This document shows, one piece after another, positions 29,723 to 39,178 of a DNA stretch of 64,000 nucleotides (positions are counted from its first letter, which is position 1; the number at the start of each line of letters is the position of its first letter). The stretch comes from Candidatus Bathyarchaeia archaeon. Lineage in GTDB: Archaea; Thermoproteota; Bathyarchaeia; 40CM-2-53-6. The DNA lies in assembly GCA_049517415.1 (NCBI GenBank), contig JBEKSC010000009.1, positions 21,157 through 85,156 of the forward strand, read 5' to 3'. Made by a program: the position numbers and the translations under genes. The notes beneath the pieces were generated by a model. The model made no database searches and was not told the DNA's origin. It worked only from the letters and a program-made list of their open reading frames with translations.

Positions 29723-31558
29723 CTAGACGAAATCTGAGAGCTTGGTTGAATTCATTTTCAATTTAATGCGCATGGGTTCGAATGCTTGTGAGAGTGAGGC
29801 GTGTAGACTGAGGACGTAGTCATCGACGTCGATCTCGTTCGAGTTTGCTTGTGAGGTTGGTTTGACGGTGAATTGCCTTCCCTGTAACCTGAACGGGAGC
29901 ACCTTCACAAATCCAATCGTGTCCCCACGATCGGGCCGCCTTCCCTGCCGCTCGAGCAGCCAAGCCGCTTGGTAGGGCTGCGCAAGTCTCTTCGACCGTA
30001 CCTTCTCCGCTGGCTCTTCCCTAAGTTCAACTCGATATTCTAAGCCACCCAGACTCACGGATCTGCTACGAAGCCGGTGAGTCGCTTCGGCAACTATGTC
30101 GGTCAGCTGCTGTTTGGCAGTTTCGAATTCGGTGGGTGAGCGACGTCCTTCGGCCAGTTGAGTTAGGCATTGTTGGAAGGTTTCCTGGAAGAATCGTGGT
30201 GAGTTGGATTTGGCGATGGCTAAACCTTTGATTTCTGGTTCTCCGTTGGGTAGGATACCGAAGTAGGCTTTGATAGTGCTGAGAACACAGACCGAATAGA
30301 CGCGATCATAAGCCAATTGAAGTCTGAACTTGCTACCAACCTCTTGAATGAGCTTCCACGTCTCCTCCTCAGTTGGGTTGTCTAGGAATAGCGAATCCGT
30401 GTCGCTGTACTTCGGTCTGAGATCCATCCTCTTCGCCAAATCCCATGTGGATTGAAGGACGTATCTTCCGTAAGCTGTGATCGCCTCGCCCAGAAGTGGA
30501 CTGGCTAAGCCATGAATTCGAATTGTAACTCCGTAACAGGAGACGAGAAATAGCTTCAAAATTCGCGATGCGGCCACAACGTTACCCTCCGTCTCATCTG
30601 CTGTTTTCGTCTGGGGTTTGTAGACCTGTAGACGCAGATCACGGAGAGCGCCTACGAGAACGGAGTAGATTCCGCGTCTTTTCGTGCAAACGTGTAACTG
30701 TGGTTGGCCGGGCACCCGGTTACTTCGACATTCTGGGTGGGGGCATTGGATAGTCTCGTATGAGAGGTTGAATACGTCTATACAACCCGGGTAAAGAGAT
30801 TCGAAATCCAGGACGTGCATGTTGAAGTAAGTACCCGGCTCCGGCCCGATTGCTAAGGCACCCGTTACCTGCTTTCTCGTGTCTCCGAGGTTGAGTTCTT
30901 CAGGGTTGGGAATGAGGATGTTATGGGAGCGGTAGTAGGTGTTGAGCATTGAACGTATCCAGTCGGAGACGGAATAGTTTCTGTATGTTCGGTTTATGGG
31001 GAGGTTCGCTAAGCGGCTGAGGAGAAAGGCATTATAGTAATCTTCCTCAGAGCCAACTCCACGGATATCGAGTTTCTCTTCAGGAATCTTGGGTACGGGC
31101 TGGCTGACGTAGGCGTATGCCTCCTGCAGCGAAGCATACTTGAGTCGGTCGCTTCGGCTGATTCTTCCGAACAATTTCTCAAAGCGAGAACCATCCTCGC
31201 CGCCTAAGGAGGCATCAGGAACCCAACCGTTTTCGCTGAAACGGTGAAGGATGCCGAACCGCAGTCCCTTATCATACGCGTAGCTGAGCGCCGGATCAAT
31301 GTCCAGCTCCCAAGCTTTCGTGTCCTTCGAAGGTTTCCCTGTGTAGGTGACCTTGTTTAGTGTCAACTCGTTTCCCGTGAAGAGGTCAATTTTCTTGACG
31401 GGTTCGCCCTGTTTCTGTGTAGTGAGGTAGTATGGTTGAAAATCTCTTTCAATCCATTCAATCGATTCCAAGCCGGGCGATGTGATCAGCCTGAGAGTGA
31501 CTAACCCCGTCTTGTAGGTGGCTCCTACAAGCCACGCAGATTGACCCTCGGGAATCAA
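29723..31558 (-). CDS. family B DNA polymerase (PolB1-like) lacking the 3'-5' exonuclease domain
   Basis: Motif A VLDFESLYP, motif B KLFLVSCYG, motif C YSDTDSLF, IKGL; only 611 aa with no ExoI-III motifs. Confidence 0.88.
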   Translation of the reverse strand: MIPEGQSAWLVGATYKTGLVTLRLITSPGLESIEWIERDFQPYYLTTQKQGEPVKKIDLFTGNELTLNKVTYTGKPSKDTKAWELDIDPALSYAYDKGLRFGILHRFSENGWVPDASLGGEDGSRFEKLFGRISRSDRLKYASLQEAYAYVSQPVPKIPEEKLDIRGVGSEEDYYNAFLLSRLANLPINRTYRNYSVSDWIRSMLNTYYRSHNILIPNPEELNLGDTRKQVTGALAIGPEPGTYFNMHVLDFESLYPGCIDVFNLSYETIQCPHPECRSNRVPGQPQLHVCTKRRGIYSVLVGALRDLRLQVYKPQTKTADETEGNVVAASRILKLFLVSCYGVTIRIHGLASPLLGEAITAYGRYVLQSTWDLAKRMDLRPKYSDTDSLFLDNPTEEETWKLIQEVGSKFRLQLAYDRVYSVCVLSTIKAYFGILPNGEPEIKGLAIAKSNSPRFFQETFQQCLTQLAEGRRSPTEFETAKQQLTDIVAEATHRLRSRSVSLGGLEYRVELREEPAEKVRSKRLAQPYQAAWLLERQGRRPDRGDTIGFVKVLPFRLQGRQFTVKPTSQANSNEIDVDDYVLSLHASLSQAFEPMRIKLKMNSTKLSDFV

Positions 31559-31651
31559 GAGCGCACCTGGCTTCTAGTCTGACGAGTAATCGGTTCTCTT
31601 TAGGCTTGGAGGAAGCGACGTTCCACGCCGGAATAGTTGGAGATTGTGACT

Positions 31652-31900
31652 TCAAAAGTCTGAGGGGAGGGATTCTTCATACGTTTCTACCATTAGGCCA
31701 CCGCAATATCGGCCGCTTTCAGCTGTGAATACGATTGGAATTCTATCGATGATCTTCTCGTTGGGGTGGTTCTTAATCCAATCCCGTATCTTCTGGTCGA
31801 CTTCCAACCAGATGCGCCCGCAGATTATGACTCCAACTCGTTTCCTAGCCTTAGCTTGCATATTTTGACCATCAGAGCGAATGGGGTGAATTTTCGTCAA
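31652..31900 (-). CDS. hypothetical protein
   Basis: ATGA overlap with the upstream ORF. Confidence 0.5.
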   Translation of the reverse strand: MTKIHPIRSDGQNMQAKARKRVGVIICGRIWLEVDQKIRDWIKNHPNEKIIDRIPIVFTAESGRYCGGLMVETYEESLPSDF

Positions 31901-32424
31901 TCATATGGTCTGGGACCTCCGGCAAAAGCGCGCTGTCTTTCTCTCTTCCGCAAAATTGCCACATCGCGAGGCTCAGGTTTAGGGGGGACGGCTGCGGGTC
32001 TCTTGTAGCCGGCGCGTTGCACCTTCATGAGTTCATCGGCTGTGATGAAACCTGTCTCCTGCTGCTTCCACTGTATCGCGCGCATTTCACCCATGTCAAA
32101 GTCCGGGAGCCGGACGCGGAACACAAGCTCATCTGCCCTTCCTTCAATTTCCAACCCCAAGAGATCATAGTCGTCTGAGAGGGACAGAAAGCGGCGAATT
32201 ATCTTAACCCGGTCTGATGGCAAGGCAACTTCCTTGGATTCTACCTCCGCTTGGTCGCACCATTGGCAGATCCACGTGACATTCCTTATCAGAACGCTAG
32301 GAACCTTGAGTTTCTCGGGAGTGGAGTAGCGGCAGCCGCAGGAAATCTGTGGAGTTCTGGCCTTACAGGCTCTACACCATCGCTCCGTGCGGATAGTGTA
32401 GTTACTGCTTCCACTGAATGGCAT
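31897..32424 (-). CDS. zinc-finger hypothetical protein
   Basis: CRAC, CGC, CQWC; overlapping operon. Confidence 0.6.
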   Translation of the reverse strand: MPFSGSSNYTIRTERWCRACKARTPQISCGCRYSTPEKLKVPSVLIRNVTWICQWCDQAEVESKEVALPSDRVKIIRRFLSLSDDYDLLGLEIEGRADELVFRVRLPDFDMGEMRAIQWKQQETGFITADELMKVQRAGYKRPAAVPPKPEPRDVAILRKRERQRAFAGGPRPYD

Positions 32425-32803
32425 AGTAGTCTCTCATCTTAGGCTTAAGTTGCATAGGTTCCTCACTTCTCGGTACGAGTTCGCCGCTCTTCACCGAGTA
32501 TCTTTCATGACACCACTCGCAGGTAAGAAAGACATCGAGTGGTCCACCACAATGAGGACAACGCCGGTTCCGGACCGTGTCGATTTCTGCCTGGTGCATA
32601 ACGATGCGTTCGGCGACTGGGTCCGGCTCGGTCTTCAGCTCCTTTAGCCTGCCCTCTCTGAATCGAAACTCACGTTTGCATGAGTCGCAGCGGAAGCCCA
32701 ACTCATCAACATCGCGGCCTTGAAGTAACCGCTTACTTCGGTTTATCCAAACCAATGGCTTGTGGCAATCGAGGCAATCGGTCGAGTTAGAGTCAATTTC
32801 CAA
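32402..32803 (-). CDS. double zinc-ribbon protein
   Basis: Four CxxC motifs. Confidence 0.65.
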   Translation of the reverse strand: MEIDSNSTDCLDCHKPLVWINRSKRLLQGRDVDELGFRCDSCKREFRFREGRLKELKTEPDPVAERIVMHQAEIDTVRNRRCPHCGGPLDVFLTCEWCHERYSVKSGELVPRSEEPMQLKPKMRDYYAIQWKQ

Positions 32804-33098
32804 ATATGTTGCAACTCAGCGCCGCAAATACAGTGGGTCGACCCGTAACGGCACAAGCTCATCATTCTCTAGTTCAAACCAGAGGTTGCATTGGTCACAA
32901 CGTTTCAAGGGATAGTTCTCTTGGCCTAGAAGTTCAATTTGACAGGACGGACATTTCAAACCAGATCACAATATTTGCCGTAAACAATGCTACCGGATAA
33001 ACTCAGAAATCACTGCAAGGCTAGGAGTCAGTGATTAATGAAAATGAAATCGGGACTAACAGAGTGAAGGATGAAACTGTAAACTCTTTGCAGCATAG

Positions 33099-33308
33099 TC
33101 ATTCTTGGCTCGTCTCCTTCTCCAAGAGCCTTAATCTCGCACGTCTGAACTGTTGTTCGTCCAGTTTGTTGAAATATTCTGTTAGCGCTTGTCTTATAGC
33201 CTCAGGCTTTGATCCAACAAATCCTTTCTGGATTATCTCGTCCAGTCGCCTAGCCAATTCACCCGTGAGATCGAAATCTATTCTTGTACTATAACGGTCG
33301 TTCTGCAT
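33099..33308 (-). CDS. ribbon-helix-helix (CopG-like) protein
   Basis: RIDFDL..ELARRLDEII.KG...SK.EAIRQAL.EY. Confidence 0.8.
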   Translation of the reverse strand: MQNDRYSTRIDFDLTGELARRLDEIIQKGFVGSKPEAIRQALTEYFNKLDEQQFRRARLRLLEKETSQE

Positions 33309-33729
33309 TCTCTACCTTCTCCGCTCTTGACTCACTTCCGAGATTCGCATTCTGCCCAGCGTCAGGCCGCGAAATTCTCTCATCGTCGCCTTGACCAACC
33401 GCTCGACTCTGAATCATGGCTTCCCTTAACACGTCCGGGAGGCCGGCCGCCTGTTCTAGTTTCGTCACATTGAAAATAACAACGTATTCTTTTCTGCAGT
33501 GTTTTGTCAGCCACATTATCCTTCCGTCATTGTAAATCTTCATGTCGTTGACAATAGTGATGGGAAGACCGCACCAGATGCAGAAGACTCCGGCTGTGCT
33601 GTGAAGCTGATACTCAATTCCTGCAGAGCTGAGTTGCTTCTCGACCTCGCGTTGAGTGGTGAAGTCTTTCGGTGCTATCGAGATTATACATGCAGGGCTT
33701 TTGGTAGGTCTATAATGCAGATTCTGCAT
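33289..33729 (-). CDS. hypothetical protein
   Basis: Overlapping operon member with CIWC. Confidence 0.55.
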   Translation of the reverse strand: MQNLHYRPTKSPACIISIAPKDFTTQREVEKQLSSAGIEYQLHSTAGVFCIWCGLPITIVNDMKIYNDGRIMWLTKHCRKEYVVIFNVTKLEQAAGLPDVLREAMIQSRAVGQGDDERISRPDAGQNANLGSESRAEKVENAERPL

Positions 33730-34048
33730 TCTCAACTTTCTGCTCCTTTTGGTCTACGTTCGTCTCGAGTGGTGTGGCATCTAACTCAGCAAGAAGCAAA
33801 TCGCCATCGCTTGCAGGGGGCTCGTACGCTTCGTGAAGCTCTGATTCCATGACCGCCTCGGACAGTATTCGAGCCTCAAGTTCGCCCTTTTCAATTGAGC
33901 GTGACAACGCTTCTCTGAGATTCCACAATAGTTCTGAGTCTTGTCGTGTTCCCTCCCAATCTGCTCCTTCGAATTCGCGCAGTTCCATAGAATGTTCTTT
34001 CAGTTCATTCATGCGGTCGCTTCGTTCCAATGATTTGCCCGTGACCAT
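33710..34048 (-). CDS. acidic hypothetical protein
   Basis: Operon member with an upstream GGTGAGG RBS. Confidence 0.55.
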   Translation of the reverse strand: MVTGKSLERSDRMNELKEHSMELREFEGADWEGTRQDSELLWNLREALSRSIEKGELEARILSEAVMESELHEAYEPPASDGDLLLAELDATPLETNVDQKEQKVENAESAL

Positions 34049-34050
34049 TA

Positions 34051-34659
34051 TTATTCCCTCACCGGTTCGGCCTCGATATTCCTCTCTGGCTGAACTTCAA
34101 GCTGGTTAGAGTCTAATTCGACAAGCAGAAGCTCTAGGTCAGCGACAGGAACGTCATATAGTTCTGGACCTTTGTCGATGATGGCCTGTTGCGAGACTTC
34201 CACCAAGGGTTCAGTTAGATCAATTTCAGGTTCTTTCTGCTCGATTGTGGCTGGCCCCGTTTCCACAAATCGATTCGCTTCGAGGCCTACCTCTTGCAAG
34301 TTAGGTGGAGTCTCCGAAACGAGGTCTGTCTCAGTCTGAGATTCTTGCTTCTGGTCTGAGTCATTGCGAAGATACTTCTCCATAGCACGCCCAACAGCCT
34401 TCTCCATCAAAGCTTGATCCGGCTCAGGGCGATAGAACGTAGGCTGACGATAGCTTTCGGTAGATGGCCTTTCGATAACTTCGTAACGGGTTTCCGTCTT
34501 TGGAAGTTTTGCAGGTGATTCTTTTTCGTATCTAAAATCATGCGTTCGGAAATAGTTCCTCGGCCCTCCGTAGCCGCCTCCTCCAAGATTCGGAATGTAG
34601 GGTCGTCTCTTTGTATCGGATCTCCCAACTCGTTTACGTTTCCGCCTATAGTCTCCCAT
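34051..34659 (-). CDS. hypothetical protein with basic N-terminus and acidic C-terminus
   Basis: Abuts the ATPase stop codon. Confidence 0.6.
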   Translation of the reverse strand: MGDYRRKRKRVGRSDTKRRPYIPNLGGGGYGGPRNYFRTHDFRYEKESPAKLPKTETRYEVIERPSTESYRQPTFYRPEPDQALMEKAVGRAMEKYLRNDSDQKQESQTETDLVSETPPNLQEVGLEANRFVETGPATIEQKEPEIDLTEPLVEVSQQAIIDKGPELYDVPVADLELLLVELDSNQLEVQPERNIEAEPVRE

Positions 34660-36765
34660 TCACTGCACCTTCATTCCAGAATCGTCATGATTCGGGTTTG
34701 TTCCGCTAAATGACCGCTGATGTCCGACGCCCGACTGGCTATTTCTAGTACTATTTTCACGTAGGAATTCGCTTATTTTCTGTACAGTTACTTTCTCGAT
34801 TGCGGGACGGGCGTTCAGGAACATTACTCCGTCCCGCAGACTTTCATCATCTTTAACAAGTATGACTAGGCTGTCAAGCTCGTCTATTCCCTCAACTTTT
34901 TCCTCAATATTTGTGGTTGTTAATTCTATTTCTATTCCAGTCTTACTCTTGCCGTCGTAACAGTAGACGTCAAGCCTTCTCCCAGAAGCCAGCTTCTTCT
35001 CTATCGTCGCTTCGTAGCCTTTCTTTCTAAAAGAATAGGCGATAAGCACCTGGTAGAGTGAATGCTCGAATCCGACATTCCCGATTTTCTTCCATAGGCT
35101 CGAGTCGTAGCCGAAATCTCTGAGAAGATTCAGAGCGTCATCCGTCGGAAGTAGGAACTTCACAGGCCTGAATCTTCCCAACGGAATCTCTAAACTCACG
35201 ATTAGGTGTCGGTTGGCTAGTTCTTGGATTGCCGATTCGATTCTTCTGCCAGAGACTTTCAGAGCGTAGCATCTAGATCTGATGCCAAGAAATGGATGCT
35301 GGCAAACGTTTGCGAGTACGCCCCACGCGTCTGCAGTTAGCTGACTCTTGATTAGCCTCGGTACTTGCTCTGCATTCTGTACGCGGCCAATTGCTTCCTT
35401 TCGCTCTTCAATTTCGAGTTCAGGGAGCAATTTCCGCAACCTCTCAGCGACCGCTTGGTCAGAAATGTGCTTGTCGACCGGATAGTCAGCGGTGACAATC
35501 ATGAAAGGCTCAGTGTACTGATCCGAGAGTTTGACTAGCCATTCTCCTCGCTTGAGCTTGTGGATTACGTCTCGTTCGTCATCGTCGAGGCCCATTGCTT
35601 CGGAGATTGAATTGATGTCGGTTCCGTTTCCTAAGTTGCCTACTATTTTAACCAAAGTGTTTGCGTGTACGGAATTTGTCATCTTGTTTGGTTCTTGCGA
35701 CGTTAAGATCAAAGCTGTCCCGAAATCCCTGAACTGGGTGGGGAATAGATTGATTGTCGGCATTCCCATTTCTCTTGTAGTGTCTCTCCATTCCTTGTTG
35801 GCATCCCAGATTCTGTGTGCTTCATCGCAGATTATCACCTGTCTCAGTTGTTCGCCGCGGTGTTGCTCTGTCATTCGATAGGCGTAGAGCCACGTTAGCA
35901 TGACCTCAATGAGCCAATTCTGCTCTTCAGCCCTCAGCTGATCGAGTTCAAAGACTACAAAACGGTCCACAAGGTCTTCGAGTTTCAGGCCGCTATTCGA
36001 ATTCAGTACGCTGCCAAGAATGCTGCCCAGTGTGCGAGTGCGATTGTACATAACGTCGTAGTACTCAAGCCGCTTCCGACTTGTCTCCTGACTAGCAACC
36101 ATCAACCTATGCAAGTCCCCAAGCGTTGGAAAAACGCTAGTCTTTTGGTAATCTTCGTACAGCTGGTCCAGGTACTCAAGAAGATAATTGATTCCAGCGT
36201 GATAGACTCCCCAAGCGTGGCCACAGACTTCTGAAAACAGTTGCCACCATAGTTTCACGTCCATTTTTGGTGGCGGTCTCAAAGGATTCCAGCGCAATTT
36301 CTGCCATGGAATGACTGCCAATTGCTCATGACGCAAGAGGAGAGCACGGCCGTCTTGCTTAACATCAAAGAACCAGAAGCCGACGTTGTTCTTGATCAAC
36401 TGGTCCGTGAGATTGTAGAGTAGAACGGATTTCCCGTGGCCAGACTGGGCAAAGATCCCGACGTGTCTACATAGGTCAGACCTTCGTAATGCAAATTTCC
36501 CAACACGTTTGTTCCCTTGGACTACTGTGCCAAACAGAATTTCACCGTTGAACTCTGGAGGTACGGGCAGATAGGAATTTTCTGAATCAAGCAACAGCTG
36601 CAGCCCAGGCCCAAGAATTGTTTCAACGTCTTGCCTGATGCTTTGTTTGTCTTCTTCGCTATCCGTTATGACGTACAAGTCCAGCAGCGTCTTCAGACTA
36701 TCAGCGTTGACATGTTGCGAGAGTTTCTCGATCGTTTCTTTTGTTTCCTCAACCCATTCATCCAA
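34660..36765 (-). CDS. HerA/VirD4-like ATPase fused to wHTH and PD-(D/E)xK-like domains
   Basis: Walker A AQSGHGKS, Walker B IICDEAH; C-terminal EH...RLDV...GIEIELT. Confidence 0.8.
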   Translation of the reverse strand: MDEWVEETKETIEKLSQHVNADSLKTLLDLYVITDSEEDKQSIRQDVETILGPGLQLLLDSENSYLPVPPEFNGEILFGTVVQGNKRVGKFALRRSDLCRHVGIFAQSGHGKSVLLYNLTDQLIKNNVGFWFFDVKQDGRALLLRHEQLAVIPWQKLRWNPLRPPPKMDVKLWWQLFSEVCGHAWGVYHAGINYLLEYLDQLYEDYQKTSVFPTLGDLHRLMVASQETSRKRLEYYDVMYNRTRTLGSILGSVLNSNSGLKLEDLVDRFVVFELDQLRAEEQNWLIEVMLTWLYAYRMTEQHRGEQLRQVIICDEAHRIWDANKEWRDTTREMGMPTINLFPTQFRDFGTALILTSQEPNKMTNSVHANTLVKIVGNLGNGTDINSISEAMGLDDDERDVIHKLKRGEWLVKLSDQYTEPFMIVTADYPVDKHISDQAVAERLRKLLPELEIEERKEAIGRVQNAEQVPRLIKSQLTADAWGVLANVCQHPFLGIRSRCYALKVSGRRIESAIQELANRHLIVSLEIPLGRFRPVKFLLPTDDALNLLRDFGYDSSLWKKIGNVGFEHSLYQVLIAYSFRKKGYEATIEKKLASGRRLDVYCYDGKSKTGIEIELTTTNIEEKVEGIDELDSLVILVKDDESLRDGVMFLNARPAIEKVTVQKISEFLRENSTRNSQSGVGHQRSFSGTNPNHDDSGMKVQ

Positions 36766-36771
36766 TCATAA

Positions 36772-36975
36772 TCACTCCTTCACGAATATCTTGCCGCCAA
36801 GAACAACGAAGACCAGCATCAGCACGCCGAAGACGATAATGTAAGCGGCGCTGGGCATTCCCCACTCACTGAGCTTTGCGTAAGCCCACGATAGAATGCC
36901 GTACCAGATGATGAGAATCGACGTCAAGATCAAGCCAGAGACGAAAGCTGTCTTAAGTTCCATCGTTGTCTTCAC
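36772..36975 (-). CDS. small 2-TM membrane protein
   Basis: Two hydrophobic segments. Confidence 0.65.
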   Translation of the reverse strand: MKTTMELKTAFVSGLILTSILIIWYGILSWAYAKLSEWGMPSAAYIIVFGVLMLVFVVLGGKIFVKE

Positions 36976-37522
36976 CAGTCTCTTCTTCCAGCCTGTTCTT
37001 CACGTCGGCCACATCTTCGTCTGCATCGAAAATCTTGGAGTAGACTGAGAGGACTCTGATTCCGTCGCCGGTGATTTTTCTTGAAAGGAACGATAGCATT
37101 CCAGATTCTGTGATGTACTTTAATTCTCTAAGAACCGCCAGAGAACTTTTCACATCGTCCTTATCCAGTCGACATATTTTGGATATTTGCGGAACCGATT
37201 CGATTTCATTGTTAATGCAAAGGAGAATTTTAAATCCGTGACGAGTGAGAGGCGCGACCAGCGCTAGATGTGGCCTGCAATAGGGCACTCCGTCCACCTT
37301 CGTGGAACATCCCGTACAAAGTTTTGATCCACACGTTCGACACAGAAGGAAGTTCTCCAGCGGATATTTACCGCAAAAGTCGCATGCCATCAAGAAGGTA
37401 GTTCGATTAATTTTTCCAGCATTAGTTTCTATCTTCTTGCCTCCGAGGAGACCACGGTTCTCGATCACTGCGTGTTCTTCGAATGACGTGTCAGACAAAA
37501 TCATCATCCGCGCAGAATTCAT
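36953..37522 (-). CDS. B-box-like zinc finger plus wHTH protein
   Basis: CDFC..CRTC...CTGC...CRPH followed by an HTH. Confidence 0.65.
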   Translation of the reverse strand: MNSARMMILSDTSFEEHAVIENRGLLGGKKIETNAGKINRTTFLMACDFCGKYPLENFLLCRTCGSKLCTGCSTKVDGVPYCRPHLALVAPLTRHGFKILLCINNEIESVPQISKICRLDKDDVKSSLAVLRELKYITESGMLSFLSRKITGDGIRVLSVYSKIFDADEDVADVKNRLEEETGEDNDGT

Positions 37523-37640
37523 TTCGCCATCTTTGCAGAGTCCTTACGGCAAATACGACGACAAGTCCCATGAAAAGAAAGGGAAAGATGAGAAGAGCAA
37601 ACATACCTAATGCAATTGCTACGAGCAGCTCTTTCTTCAA
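37491..37640 (-). CDS. small membrane peptide (49 aa, below the ORF track cutoff)
   Basis: TTG start overlapping the upstream stop; MKKELLVAIALGMFALLIFPFLFMGLVVVFAVR. Confidence 0.55.
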   Translation of the reverse strand: MKKELLVAIALGMFALLIFPFLFMGLVVVFAVRTLQRWRNEFCADDDFV

Positions 37641-37921
37641 TCGAAATCATCCTCGAACCGTCTTTTGAAATTACTAGGCCGTTCAATGTGGACGATTCGC
37701 GTATGTGTCACTGTGTGTGTTCGTCGGGGCTCATGATAGTCCCAGTCTCCTGATTCCTCCATGAGCAGGCCAAGTATGGTAAGGCCGCCGACTCCTGTGA
37801 TCATAATGAGAACCCAAATGGCTGCGTTGTAGCCGTTGACAAAGCCCAGCACTGCACCCCAAAGTATCACGAAAGCCATCGCAAAACCAAAAGTGATGGG
37901 GAGAGTTGGGAGGATTTCCAA
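37637..37921 (-). CDS. 2-TM membrane protein
   Basis: Two TM segments; GGAGG RBS. Confidence 0.6.
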   Translation of the reverse strand: MEILPTLPITFGFAMAFVILWGAVLGFVNGYNAAIWVLIMITGVGGLTILGLLMEESGDWDYHEPRRTHTVTHTRIVHIERPSNFKRRFEDDFD

Positions 37922-37922
37922 T

Positions 37923-38078
37923 TTAGTAATCCTCCACTTTCCCGCTCGGGTAGTGCGTTAGCACCGTTGTCCGTTCAGTGACGTCGTGACTTGTGGGTTC
38001 GGATGGTATGTCGTCACCATCACTGAGGGCCTTCCCCAAACCCGCGCCGATTGCAGCTAGTATGATGAACCAGATCAA
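37923..38078 (-). CDS. small membrane-anchored peptide (51 aa)
   Basis: GGAGGTGA RBS, TTG start, MIWFIILAAIGAGLGKALSD. Confidence 0.55.
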   Translation of the reverse strand: MIWFIILAAIGAGLGKALSDGDDIPSEPTSHDVTERTTVLTHYPSGKVEDY

Positions 38079-38283
38079 ACAATCACCTCCTCAACAGTAC
38101 GCAAGGACCTCGCGTACGTAGTCTTCTGTTTCCCTGTAGCTTTTGGAATAGCTGCCGTAGAGTTTGTAGTCCCATCGTTCGCGGATGATAACAGTGCAGA
38201 CGTGTTGATCGAGTTTGTCTCCGAACAGCTGTCTCCAAGCGATCTCATTATGAGAGTTGGCAAGCAACGCAGGCAGGCATGCT

Positions 38284-39114
38284 ATGACCGTACCAGGATT
38301 TCCCAAGGCCCTGTGTCAGGTTACACTCTCAGGCCTTGATTATGAACGGATAGAATACTCAATCAATAGGTTACCCTGTTACAAAATATGGATTGTTGAA
38401 AACGATGCAAGCATAGCCAAGGCCGACAAAGCGCTAATCGTCGAAATTCATAACGATCTCGAAAGAAGACTGCGAAATCGATTTCAAAAAAACCTGCAGT
38501 TTTGTCAAGTGAACTTCCAAAATCCGAGAGAGGCAACACTTGGAATGTATGCGGTCATTTTGCGAGAACAAAGAAGAGGCTTCGATGTCTTTGTGAATAT
38601 AAGCACCGGAACCAAGCCGATGGCAGTCGCAGCAACAGTCGCCGCGGCCCTTGCGGGGTGCAGTGTGGTTTACTTCCGGGCCAAGGAATACTCGCGCCTC
38701 AAAGACAAGGACGAAGTTGTTGCCAAAGGGGTCAAGGCTGACCCATCTCCAATAGAAATACCGATATTTCATCTGCTCAGACCTGCCACGCAAATGAGAG
38801 AAGAGAGACTTGAGGTCTTAACCGAGCTTGTCAGGGTTGGTAAAATCTCGAATGTAAAGGACTTGACGCTAAACAGAAAAAGGAATCTAAGAGGCGCAAG
38901 TTTGGACGCTGAACACGCAAGACTGTTGTATCACCTGCACGAACTTGAGAAGGACGCATTGGTGAAAGTCGAACGACAAATAGAAAGTAAATCAAACGGG
39001 AAGCCGACAAAATTGAAGGAGGAGACTAAGCCGACCGATCTGGGCAAGTTTATTGTGGAACTCAAGCGAATAGAGAACGAAGTAAATCGGGAACCTGTCC
39101 CGAATCCAGACTAG
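38284..39114 (+). CDS. CARF-like domain plus wHTH regulator (Csa3/DUF6293-like)
   Basis: VFVNISTGTKPM motif; C-terminal YHLHELEKDALV...PTDLGK. Confidence 0.75.
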   Translation: MTVPGFPKALCQVTLSGLDYERIEYSINRLPCYKIWIVENDASIAKADKALIVEIHNDLERRLRNRFQKNLQFCQVNFQNPREATLGMYAVILREQRRGFDVFVNISTGTKPMAVAATVAAALAGCSVVYFRAKEYSRLKDKDEVVAKGVKADPSPIEIPIFHLLRPATQMREERLEVLTELVRVGKISNVKDLTLNRKRNLRGASLDAEHARLLYHLHELEKDALVKVERQIESKSNGKPTKLKEETKPTDLGKFIVELKRIENEVNREPVPNPD

Positions 39115-39150
39115 CTCAATGACTTCAGATTACGTTCTCGGAAAAATGGA

Positions 39151-39178
39151 AGAAGGGAGCGGTATGCTCCCAGCTTCT
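39151..39178. terminator. hairpin between convergent genes
   Basis: GGGAGC-GGTAT-GCTCCC flanked by AGAAG/CTTCT. Confidence 0.4.

Noticed and set aside
29723..31558. Casposon or pipolin polymerase
   Set aside because: No Cas1, terminal inverted repeats or protein-primed insertions seen; motif C is the standard DTDS
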